Of a DNA stretch of 64,000 nucleotides, positions 40,376-50,000 are shown in pieces. The position numbers were made by a program, and so were the translations under genes. Location: positions 180-64,179 of the forward strand of contig JBIIGV010000003.1 of NCBI GenBank assembly GCA_044236265.1, given 5' to 3'. Position 1 is the first letter of the stretch. Each line of letters starts with the position of its first letter. Below the pieces are notes generated by a model. That model made no database searches. It had not been told where the DNA came from and saw nothing but the letters and a program-made list of their open reading frames with translations. Origin of the DNA: Oligoflexales bacterium (GTDB lineage: Bacteria; Bdellovibrionota_B; Oligoflexia; Oligoflexales; RGVZ01).

Positions 40376-42180
40376 GGAGTTACGACCTCAGACTGCAACT
40401 TCTTGCGGCGAGCTTCTCCACGGCCATGGGCTTCCGTCACAAGACTTTTAGCGTGATCAAGAGATGCTTTGGTCACCTTATCACCGGATAAAAGCCTTGC
40501 AATTTCCTCAAGGCGCTCGGTTTTTGAAAGCTGAGTGATCGTAGACTCGGTACGATCCTTACCCTCGATCTTTTTGACGATGTAATGACGGTCAGCATAG
40601 GCTGCGACCTGCGGCAAATGACTGATACAGATGATCTGACAAAATCCGGCAAGTTCGGCGATCTTTTGGCCGACAATGTCAGCCACACGCCCAGAAATAC
40701 CTGTATCAATTTCATCAAAGACTAAGACACAGGTTTCTGCTCCGACAACCAAAGCCTTCTTAAGAGCAAGCATGATGCGGCTAACTTCACCGCCCGAAGC
40801 CACCTTAGACAAGGGCAGACTTGGCTCACCTTTGTTGGCGGCCAGATAAAACTCGGCCCTCTCAGATCCAGACTCCGAGACCGAGGTCCAATCATCTAAC
40901 ACGTCACTCCAATGGGCCACAGCCTCCTCACCAAATGGAAGTAAGTCGAGAGATGGGATACTGCGGGAGGCTTCCGAAAACTCCACAGAAAATTTTGCCG
41001 ATGGCATAGCTAGGTCAGAAAGCTCTTTTTCGACTCGGCTCGTAACCACTGCTGACGCTTTGCGACGCGCAGTTGCAAGATTTTGGCTGGTTTTTACAAC
41101 AAGCGAAACATCCTCAGAAAGCTTTGACAGTAAACTCGCGACGTGTCCGGCTGCGTTTTCGAGTGCAGAAACCTGCTCACGCAGTTCAGACCAAGACGTC
41201 ATGAGATCATCTAAGGTCTGGACGTTATGTTTTCTAAATAGGGATTGATAACCGGCGATTCTTGACTCAGCTTGATCGATATCATCTTCCGAAAGCTCCA
41301 GTTTGCCAGCTGCGCGACCCAGGGAAAAACTCAGATCATCAATATCACCAGCGATTTTAGCCGCAAGCCCGGCAAGATCGTCAAGATCACTTGATTTTGC
41401 GGCGCCGAGGGCCCTAGAAACTTCGCGAAGCCTCCGCGCCACGGAATCTCCCGAGTCATCATCCATCAGGCCTTGAGCCTTCCGAAGAGCGGCCGCCACT
41501 CCGGCAGCAAGTTTTGCTCTTTCAGTTAAAGACTTCACCTCTGCAAAGTCTTGTGGTTCAGGCTTAAATTCGCTCAGCTCCGTGAGTCTAAACGAAAGAT
41601 AATCTAAGTCTCGGCCCTTGCCAGTTGCCTCATCGACAAACTGTCTAAGCTTTTGCATAGTTTCAGAAGCTTTGGCATAAGCATCATGAAAGTCTTTTGT
41701 TAAGCTCTTTGGCTCAACGAACTGGTCAAGGCACGTCGTATGATGATGGTGGTCAAGCAAGCGGTGGCTGTCGTGCTGTCCAAAAACATCGATCAACGTC
41801 GAGGCTAAATCTTTGAGAGATCCTGTCGTCACGGGAAGCTCGTTTACCCAGGCTGATGAGCGGCCTTTTTGGGTGATGACCCGTTTAATGGAAACAACCG
41901 CTTGACCGCGGTCAAGATCCCAGGTCACGCCCCAAGCCTTTAATAGTTCCAAGGCAGGGTGTCCGCTCTTAATCAGAAACTTACCCGTCACGGCAGCCTG
42001 ATCACAACCTCGTCGAACACAGTCATGACTCGCTTTCCCACCCAATAGCAAACTTAATGCTTTAATCAAAATCGACTTCCCCGCCCCGGTTTCGCCAGTG
42101 ATGACGTTAAAGCCGGTCGTAAAATCAATGGTCAGACGTTCGATGATGGCAAGACCTTGGATCGAAAGATGGGTGAGCAT
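40372..42180 (-). CDS. recN: DNA repair protein RecN
   Basis: ITGETGAGKSIL, VASGGEVSRIMLALK, VFDEIDTGISG, ISHLPQVAA. Confidence 0.96.
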   Translation of the reverse strand: MLTHLSIQGLAIIERLTIDFTTGFNVITGETGAGKSILIKALSLLLGGKASHDCVRRGCDQAAVTGKFLIKSGHPALELLKAWGVTWDLDRGQAVVSIKRVITQKGRSSAWVNELPVTTGSLKDLASTLIDVFGQHDSHRLLDHHHHTTCLDQFVEPKSLTKDFHDAYAKASETMQKLRQFVDEATGKGRDLDYLSFRLTELSEFKPEPQDFAEVKSLTERAKLAAGVAAALRKAQGLMDDDSGDSVARRLREVSRALGAAKSSDLDDLAGLAAKIAGDIDDLSFSLGRAAGKLELSEDDIDQAESRIAGYQSLFRKHNVQTLDDLMTSWSELREQVSALENAAGHVASLLSKLSEDVSLVVKTSQNLATARRKASAVVTSRVEKELSDLAMPSAKFSVEFSEASRSIPSLDLLPFGEEAVAHWSDVLDDWTSVSESGSERAEFYLAANKGEPSLPLSKVASGGEVSRIMLALKKALVVGAETCVLVFDEIDTGISGRVADIVGQKIAELAGFCQIICISHLPQVAAYADRHYIVKKIEGKDRTESTITQLSKTERLEEIARLLSGDKVTKASLDHAKSLVTEAHGRGEARRKKLQSEVVTP

Positions 42181-42342
42181 TTTGACTTAAGTCTCCATGA
42201 GGTTTATTTGCTAGGGAAACCATATCACGCCCGTATTTGGAGTCATCCAAAAGATGACGTTTAATGGTGGAAATTCTGGGCTAACACAAATAAAATCAGA
42301 CCAGTTTTGCAATATTCTGAACCTGACAGGACATTTAAGCCG

Positions 42343-42753
42343 ATGCCCCCTCAAGACGACAAAAATCCAAATGATGCCAAGCTAAGCCGTGCCGAGCAAA
42401 TGGCCCATAGACAGCAGGCTTACCGTGAAAAGCAAAAGGAACGGGCTAAGGCTGCACGTAAAGCATACATGGCAAAGCCCGAAGTCCAAGAGCGTCTGAA
42501 AGTTCAAAAAGAAAAGCTCGCCGCCAAACGTAGAGAAAAATCTGCGGCACTCAAAGCTGCCAAGAAAGGCGAAAAGAAAGCTCTCTCAGAGGCTAAGAAA
42601 ATCACCCGCGAGCGCCGCCAACAAGAGCGTGATGAGGAGCTAACAACGATGCTCGGTCGCGCTTCAAATCTCGACCCAAGTCATGCTGAAGGTCGCGCAG
42701 TGATTGCTCCAAAGCTAACACTCATCAAAGGCGGAAGGATCGACCAACCGTGA
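42343..42753 (+). CDS. basic coiled-coil hypothetical protein
   Basis: Lys/Arg-rich helical ORF ending PKLTLIKGG; overlaps the next start (GTGA). Confidence 0.55.
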   Translation: MPPQDDKNPNDAKLSRAEQMAHRQQAYREKQKERAKAARKAYMAKPEVQERLKVQKEKLAAKRREKSAALKAAKKGEKKALSEAKKITRERRQQERDEELTTMLGRASNLDPSHAEGRAVIAPKLTLIKGGRIDQP

Positions 42754-43685
42754 AGAAGTTTCGATGTCTCGTGATTCCCTCACCATCATTTTCAAAACAT
42801 CCTGTGCTGGTGAAAGAAACTGAGCCGTTGGCTGAAAAAATTATCCTCAATAGCGAAGGCAAGCGCTTTGATGAAGCTGAGCTCCTGAAATTTCTAAGCC
42901 AAAATAACGCAGATGCGGCCATCATCGGCACAGATCCTCTAACAGCTGCAGTTGTGGAAAAGCTCACCCATCTTAAGGCCATCGGCAAATACGGAGTCGG
43001 CAAAGACAATGTTGATGTTGCGGCATTAAAATCGAAGGGCATTCATTTTGGATGGGAAGGCGGCGTCAACAAGCGCAGCGTCTCCGAGCTTAGTCTTGGA
43101 TTTATGCTCGGACATCAACGCAATATTTTTCGCAGCATCAACCGCATGCAGTACGGAGAGTGGACTAAAAATGGAGGATTTCAACTCTCAGAAAAGACCG
43201 TTGGCATCGTAGGATTTGGTCACATCGGAACAGATTTGGCGGCCCTACTAAAGCCATTTTCCTGTAAGATTGTCATTCACGATATTTTGGATAAATCTCG
43301 CGAATGCACACAGCATCAAGCACACCAAGTGACTTACGATGAGCTTTTAAAAACAGCTGACATCATCTCGTTTCACGTACCCGGCGGACCAACAACAAAA
43401 AACATGTTTAGCCAAAAAGAAATTAGCAAATCAAAACCCTCAACGCTCGTGATTAACACGGCGCGAGGAAGTATTATTAACTTTGACGACGTAACTCGTG
43501 CCGTAAATAGTCACCAACTTGGCGGCTACGCATCAGATGTATTTCCAGTAGAACCACTAAATTCGACTGAGTTCACGGTGGAAAAAGGTTTTTACTTTAC
43601 ACCCCATATCGGCGGCAATGCCGACGAAGCGATTTTAAACATGGGCCGTGCTGCAATCCGCGGACTTATGGAATACCAAGGCTGA
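42750..43685 (+). CDS. D-isomer-specific 2-hydroxyacid dehydrogenase (SerA-like)
   Basis: YGVGKDNVD, VGIVGFGHIG, INTARG, DVFPVEP, TPHIGG. Confidence 0.9.
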   Translation: MKKFRCLVIPSPSFSKHPVLVKETEPLAEKIILNSEGKRFDEAELLKFLSQNNADAAIIGTDPLTAAVVEKLTHLKAIGKYGVGKDNVDVAALKSKGIHFGWEGGVNKRSVSELSLGFMLGHQRNIFRSINRMQYGEWTKNGGFQLSEKTVGIVGFGHIGTDLAALLKPFSCKIVIHDILDKSRECTQHQAHQVTYDELLKTADIISFHVPGGPTTKNMFSQKEISKSKPSTLVINTARGSIINFDDVTRAVNSHQLGGYASDVFPVEPLNSTEFTVEKGFYFTPHIGGNADEAILNMGRAAIRGLMEYQG

Positions 43686-43814
43686 CACGACAAGACTTTA
43701 TTGAGGTCAGCCCCTGACTTCATCGAAAAATATTTTCAAGCCCGCCTCACAAAAAAACCTAATCTCATTGTTTGCGTGCCAATCTTAGAACTCATGTAGT
43801 CACCCCCTGACGGA

Positions 43815-43828
43815 TTGACCAATGTCAA
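43815..43828. promoter_or_regulatory. CRP/FNR-family-like palindrome
   Basis: TTGAC-CAAT-GTCAA, 52 bp upstream of the first wHTH gene. Confidence 0.5.
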
Positions 43829-43880
43829 AGCCAGTCATAAGAAAGCGCGCAACATTTTTTAGGTCCTAAAGGGGGAACTC

Positions 43881-44309
43881 ATGACATCAAGCCAAACCGT
43901 ACAGATCCAGTGTCCACAAAAATTTACGCCCATCTCAGTCATCCCAAGAGTTGAACTTGCCGGCATGAACGTGATTGTCAACGGGAAGCGCCATAGCCTT
44001 TCCAGGAAAGGTCGCGCTTACCGGGTAATTCGCGCCTTTTTTGCCGCATCAAAACCCTCGATGACCACCTCTGATCTCATGAGTGTTTTAGATCAGGAAG
44101 AAGGTGTTCCCAGAGCCATCAGCCCACGCGCACGGGCATCCAGACATTCAGCCATGGTCCGAATGATGAGCCGAATTCGCGAAGAGTTTAACGACGCGTT
44201 TCACGGAACTACGCCCGATGGGCTTTCATGGTTTCACTATGACCGCGCCAAATCCCAATGGGTCTTATTTAAGATGCCGGCAGCCGGTGCTGACGGCTTG
44301 ACGTATTGA
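43881..44309 (+). CDS. stand-alone OmpR/PhoB-type winged-helix protein (paralog 1)
   Basis: Beta strands VIVNGKRHSL, helices, MMSRIREEF recognition helix, PDG..W...W.L wing. Confidence 0.6.
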   Translation: MTSSQTVQIQCPQKFTPISVIPRVELAGMNVIVNGKRHSLSRKGRAYRVIRAFFAASKPSMTTSDLMSVLDQEEGVPRAISPRARASRHSAMVRMMSRIREEFNDAFHGTTPDGLSWFHYDRAKSQWVLFKMPAAGADGLTY

Positions 44310-44320
44310 GAGGAGGCCAC

Positions 44321-44734
44321 ATGAATCAAAGTCCCGCCTCTTGGCAAGTACTTGTCGAGGATAATTTTAAGCCTGTCGTAACGGACGACGGAAGCGTCCA
44401 CGCTGCAGAACGGATATTTGAAGCGCGATCGTCATCGCGTCAATGCAAGCTTTTAAAATCTCTAGCGGAAAGAAAGTCAGGGATCTTACTTAGAGAAGAG
44501 TTGCTCACTGCTGTTTATGAAGATCTCTTTTGCGAGCAACCTCAATTGGCTCTCGGCCGAACAACCGTCCGATACCGCAGTGCCGTTAAAACTATTTCCA
44601 GAGCTCGCATCGCACTAGAAAGTTTTTTTTCAGACCTTGCACCTCCGGGATTTAACTGGTTGCCCTGGAACGAAAAGCTCGGTGGCTGGATCTTGTTTCA
44701 ACGAGCGCAGATTGATCAGTCGATGGCTATTTAA
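44321..44734 (+). CDS. stand-alone winged-helix protein (paralog 2)
   Basis: AGGAGG RBS; KLLKSLAE..G.LLREELLTAVY..KTISRARIAL..PPG..W...GWIL. Confidence 0.6.
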   Translation: MNQSPASWQVLVEDNFKPVVTDDGSVHAAERIFEARSSSRQCKLLKSLAERKSGILLREELLTAVYEDLFCEQPQLALGRTTVRYRSAVKTISRARIALESFFSDLAPPGFNWLPWNEKLGGWILFQRAQIDQSMAI

Positions 44735-45051
44735 TCGTTAGTCCACTTTCAGTGTGTCCACCCGGGCAACCTCCCACCGCAAGCCTTCTAAGCTCTTAAA
44801 TATTAAAGCTCTGGTTTAACCAACTCTTCGAGCCCTGTTTCACTGTCCCGCCCACTCTGCCTTTCTTTCATTGGTTGCCAAAAGGACGACACACTTGTTT
44901 TGGAAGCTTCCACCCGGCAATGCACCACATTGCCTGGGTGGGAGTTCTGCCAGGATCTTATCCGCAATTTTGGACAACGGGTTTTCGAAAAGATCTGGCA
45001 TATGTCGATTAAATAGCTTTGACATGAGATGCGACTAACGAGGTGAAAACC

Positions 45052-45486
45052 ATGGAACGTGCAACATCTAGCTCAGCAATCTTAGCCGATTCAGCCGCAG
45101 TCAAGCCCCTACGCATTGACGCAAGCGGCATGATAATCCTGGGCAGCAAGCGATTTCTGCCCGAAGACGGGTCTATCAGACAACACGTTCTACAGATTAT
45201 GGCTAGGCATCCATATGGCCACCTGCGCAAAGAGGACTATCAGCGAGAGCTAATTGACGACTATTTTAAGTTAAAGCCAAAGGGCTTACGACTCATCACC
45301 GAGCCCTACCTTCGCCGCCAAAATAATGTTGAAAAGGCAATCTCACGGCTAAGACAGGATCTCGAACGGATATTTCGTGACGATCTTCCTGATGGTACGG
45401 CTTGGATGTGCTTTAGTAAAAAAATCAACGGTTGGCTGCTGTACCGCTTGCCGGGCTTAGGCTGTGATGGGGAATATCACTGGTAA
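45052..45486 (+). CDS. stand-alone winged-helix protein (paralog 3)
   Basis: VLQIMARHPYG.LRKED..VEKAISRLRQDL..PDG..W...GWLL; alternative GTG start at 45043. Confidence 0.6.
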   Translation: MERATSSSAILADSAAVKPLRIDASGMIILGSKRFLPEDGSIRQHVLQIMARHPYGHLRKEDYQRELIDDYFKLKPKGLRLITEPYLRRQNNVEKAISRLRQDLERIFRDDLPDGTAWMCFSKKINGWLLYRLPGLGCDGEYHW

Positions 45487-45624
45487 TTCCGTCGCATAAT
45501 TGATGGCTTTTGTGATTTTAATTGGATGCATTTAGCGCATTAATTACTTTGACTTAAAACCATAGATCAATCTTTCCCCACACCTTTCCGATTCTTTCAT
45601 CGTCCAATTCATTTCGGGGGTCTT

Positions 45625-46896
45625 ATGAGACTAGGTTTTATCGTCCTCATCGCCAGCGCAGTTGCACTTCAAAGCTGCTCAGAGGACACGTTTTCCGGTG
45701 CTGGCGCTACCAGAAAACCTCCAGGCCCCTGTATCCCAAGCAAAAAGGTCAAATGCAACCCCGGAGATACGGATAAACCAGATTTGATAACCGATGATGG
45801 AGACTCACACATCAACGTGGTCGATCATGAAGCGGTTTTTGCTGTAAGAAGTATCTCGTGTGCGCTTTGTCACGCCAGAGTCGAATCTTCCGTTATTTCT
45901 GACTTTGCAAATAAAACCGGAGCAGCAAGTGCCGCGCAAACTTTCTCACAAATGATTCATTTGAAATTGCACGGTCTGACAAACGCTACAAAGAAGACAT
46001 CTATTTCGGGAAACTTCATCATCCCTGAGGGCAACACGTCGATGCGCAAAGTTGTTGGCGATAACTGCCAAAATCCAAACTTAAATCTCATCTACCAAGG
46101 ACCAATCGTCGAGGCATCCTTAAAGGATAAATTAAGCGAATGTGTTGAAAGCAAAATAGAATGGGGAGCAGGGTCTCAGAAGTTTGTCACTCGCAAAACA
46201 GTCGAGATAAACCCAACCTCATCAGCCGACAAAATTAAGGAAATTGCAGCAAAAGAGTCTGATAAGCTTACCTCGCAAGGTTTTGCGGCAGTTGGCACTA
46301 GTACTATTTCTGGCATCTCTGGATCTAAGGCAGCTGGCTTCAAATCCCAAGCCGCTGTGTCTTGTGAGGGGGCTATTGTTTTTGATGGACCTGTCCTAAT
46401 TAAAGACAATACGACGATCACAACCCAAAAAGGCTGCCGCATCTACAGCACAAGATCAATATTTGTGGTTGGAGCCTTAACTGTATCAGGGCCTGCTGAC
46501 GCTGCTAACCTTCAGCTACTTAGTCCTGTTTTTGTTGGATTTGATATCCCAGCTGATGCAATTACTGGTAGGATCAATCACCCAGTCAATGAAAATCAAA
46601 GTTTCAGCATCGGCAGCGCTGCCGTAGTTAACCTAAAGATTCTGGCAGATGCGCTCCTTTTTGGAGAGGTCGTTGGCAAAGCATCGAGTGCAAACTACGC
46701 AAAAATTGCTGCCTCAGCACCGGTTGTCTACGCTAAGAACTCTGGATCATTTTCCGGTGTCATTATCGCTGAACAATTCATCGGAAAAATTGGATCCTTA
46801 TCTTTCAAGTTTGACCCCATATTTAACAAAAGCGCGACAGCGCCTAAGCTCTTTCCAGAGATTAAGGATGCTCTTGTCTCAGTAAGCAAGGACTAG
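45625..46896 (+). CDS. lipoprotein with CxxCH motif and beta-solenoid-like region
   Basis: Lipobox LQSC; CALCH at 45859-45873; Gly/Ile/Val-rich repeats. Confidence 0.6.
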   Translation: MRLGFIVLIASAVALQSCSEDTFSGAGATRKPPGPCIPSKKVKCNPGDTDKPDLITDDGDSHINVVDHEAVFAVRSISCALCHARVESSVISDFANKTGAASAAQTFSQMIHLKLHGLTNATKKTSISGNFIIPEGNTSMRKVVGDNCQNPNLNLIYQGPIVEASLKDKLSECVESKIEWGAGSQKFVTRKTVEINPTSSADKIKEIAAKESDKLTSQGFAAVGTSTISGISGSKAAGFKSQAAVSCEGAIVFDGPVLIKDNTTITTQKGCRIYSTRSIFVVGALTVSGPADAANLQLLSPVFVGFDIPADAITGRINHPVNENQSFSIGSAAVVNLKILADALLFGEVVGKASSANYAKIAASAPVVYAKNSGSFSGVIIAEQFIGKIGSLSFKFDPIFNKSATAPKLFPEIKDALVSVSKD

Positions 46897-46959
46897 GCAG
46901 GAAAATGGCTTCTTAACCACACGAATTTATTCAGATAAATATCCTAAAGATGGGTCGTC

Positions 46960-46987
46960 TAAAGTCTGACGATCCAACGTCCGATCC
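46960..46987 (+). promoter_or_regulatory. sigma28-like promoter of adhesin 1
   Basis: TAAAGTCT-N12-TCCGATCC, conserved upstream of the paralog. Confidence 0.5.
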
Positions 46988-47010
46988 CTCTGTTATATAG
47001 GGGGAGCCCC

Positions 47011-50000
47011 GTGAAGTTGGCTTTAGGACAGGTCATATCAACCTGGCAGATCATTCTGCTAGCTATGACTTTATCTGCATGCGACCAAATGGCCAGCACA
47101 GTTGAAGTAAAAACCAACAAAGAAGCTGTCGCTGCCAAGTGCGCTGAATCTGGAAAGTGCGTAAAAGATCCCACAGGGCTGGTGGTCTATAACTCTGACC
47201 TCGTCACTGACAAACTGATTCTGAAACAAAACATGTCTGAGATGAGTCTTGCAACAAGACTTTGGAACCTTATTGATGAACCAAAGCTTCTCAAGATGTC
47301 AGAAAAAATTGAGCCACTCATGCGCGGCGTTACAATCGTCAAAGAATCTGAGCCGTGTGATTCACCAAATGCCATAACAGGTCTAAACCCAACCGTTGGA
47401 CAGCTCAGAGAGCTCAAAGAGGGGCGCTACAAAGCCTGTATTGCCTACGTAGGAGAGGGTCTAAATCGCAAAACCCACAGTCTTGATCCAATTGACGTGG
47501 ACACGACGGGGCCCCAGGTTTCACCTGACTCAGTCACAGTATCTTCCGAGACTTATAATTCTGCCACGATTTCTTGGTCAAAGGCTGGCGACAATGTCAC
47601 GCTTGAAGGAGACCTTTCCTATTACGTGTATCTTTCTACGTCTGACCTCCTTCAGTCACTGGATGCTGTGCATCGCTTCGGTACTGCTCAGCCAGGGAAA
47701 GTTTCGGGTGTAACTTCTTACGCCATGAAAAATCTCAGAGAACAGACCACCTACCACGGTGCCGTCGTAGTAAGGGACGAGGCTGGTAATGAAACACTAG
47801 TCGGTAAGGCAAACTTTACGACGTTGGCCTCAGACACCTCCCCGCCCACATCACCAAGCATTGCCATTAATGGCTCAGCGACTCACACAAATACCCAATC
47901 TGTAACATTGACACTTGGCGCCGTCGGCGCAGATCTAATGTACATCACAAATACCGCAGAATGCGCATCGGGTGGCGCCTGGGAACCTTACGGCACGTTA
48001 AAATCTTGGAGCTTGAGCCAAGCAAACACTACAGCCACTGTTTATGTGAAATTTAAGGACACCATAGGTAATGCAACCCAATGCATCAGCAATACTATTA
48101 TTCATGACAACAGTGCTCCGACTGGAAGCGTTACCATCAATAATGGCGATGCCGTAACCGACGCCACTTCTGCGACATTATCGCTAACCATCAGCGCAGC
48201 CGAAGCTAATGACAGCACCCGCCAAATGTATGTCACCTCGACGGCAGAATGTTCTTCTGGCGGAAATTGGGAAAACTATTCATCGACCACGTCATGGACT
48301 TTGACTCAAACCGATAACTTAAACTCAGTCTTTGTAAAATTTAAGGATGCCGCCGGGAACGAAAGTCCATGCTACTCAGATTCAATCACACATGACTCTT
48401 GCCCGTACACCTTCTGCGGATTGAGTGGAAATAGCTGCTACGACAATGCCACTGCGCTGAATGCAGAAAAGGCGTGCCTTACCGGGAAAAGGCCGATTGA
48501 ACTTGTGGCCGCATCGGGCGGATTTAAAGTTTGGCGTGAAAAAAATGGAACGAGAATTCTCAAACCTGATGGACTTTGGGCATCCGACGCTGACTGGCAG
48601 AAAAATTTGAATCGCGCCGGGACAGCCCACACGGCATCGTCATTTACAGCTGTTTCTTCAATTGCGGGTCGCGCTTGCCCCCCTAGCGTATTCCTTAGCC
48701 CCAGCAACATGACTGCGTCGAATCAGTGCCTTTACTATGATACCGGAAACCCCTCACAAGGCCTGAATGCAGCGGAAGGCAGTGGGATTTTTGGCGAAGA
48801 TTATTTATCTGAGGGAAATAATCCAAATTCGGGAAATGGTACGGCAAAGTCTTGGTATGAAGGAAATATAAAAACCTGTGCCGATAAAACTATGAGACTT
48901 CCAACTGTATTCGAATCTGGCGCTGGTTATTTTGCTGCATGGTCACACCAATATCCCACCGATGCCAATCCTAACTGGGCCGATACAGCCTCTGGGGTTC
49001 CTGCTGCAGTTGGTGGAAGCAATGCGACAGCATCATCAGCGGGAGCATTTGCCTATTGGAAGTGGGGAGGAGCGCCAGGATCATCCAGTTACGATAGCGG
49101 ATTTAGGATTCGTTGCGTCCTGCCAGGAAACTATTTTCCCACTGATTCAACCGCACCAGCGTCTGCAAGCGTTATCATCAATAACAACAACGAATACACG
49201 AATTCTACGTCTCCATATGCAGTAACATTAACCTTATATTCCAGTGATGCGGACAGCGGCATCACCCAAATGTATATAACGGACTCGTCAGGATGTAGCA
49301 CCGGGGGAGCATGGGAGACTTACGCCACAACAAAATCTTGGAATCTTAACCAAAACAATACAACCGCCGCTGTCTACGCCAAGTTTAGAGACGCGGCAGG
49401 TAACGAATCAGCCTGTATAAATGACACCATTATCCACGATAACACGGCGCCAACTGCTCCGAACGTCACTGGAATAACACCTACATCCAGCACCACTCCA
49501 ACTTGGTCTTGGACGAACGGCGGTAGCGGAGGTAACGGGACCTATCGTTATAAATTAAACAGCACAAATCTCACAACGGGCGCCACAGAGACCACAAGTA
49601 CATCATTTACACCTGGATCTGCTCTTACCGAAGGAGCCCACACTCTCTACGTACAAGAGCGAGACGCCGCTGGAAATTGGTCTACATCTGGAAGTCTAGC
49701 TATTCAAGTCGTGACACCACCTGCAGCGCCGACTTTGTCGACGCCCTCTCGATATACAACATCCCTCGGGCTTAGCTGGAGCTCCGTAAACGGAGCCACT
49801 GCTTACAACCTCTATTGGTCAACCTCTGCGGGAGTTACAACAGCATCCACAAAAATATCGAGTGTCTCTAGTCCGTACACTCACTCTCCTCTAACCGGAG
49901 GAACAACTTACTATTACAAGGTTGCGGCTGTTAAGAGTGGCATAGAAGGCTCTCTCTCCAACGAGGTAAGCGCATCTCCTTACGCGTTTGCTGCCCCTAC

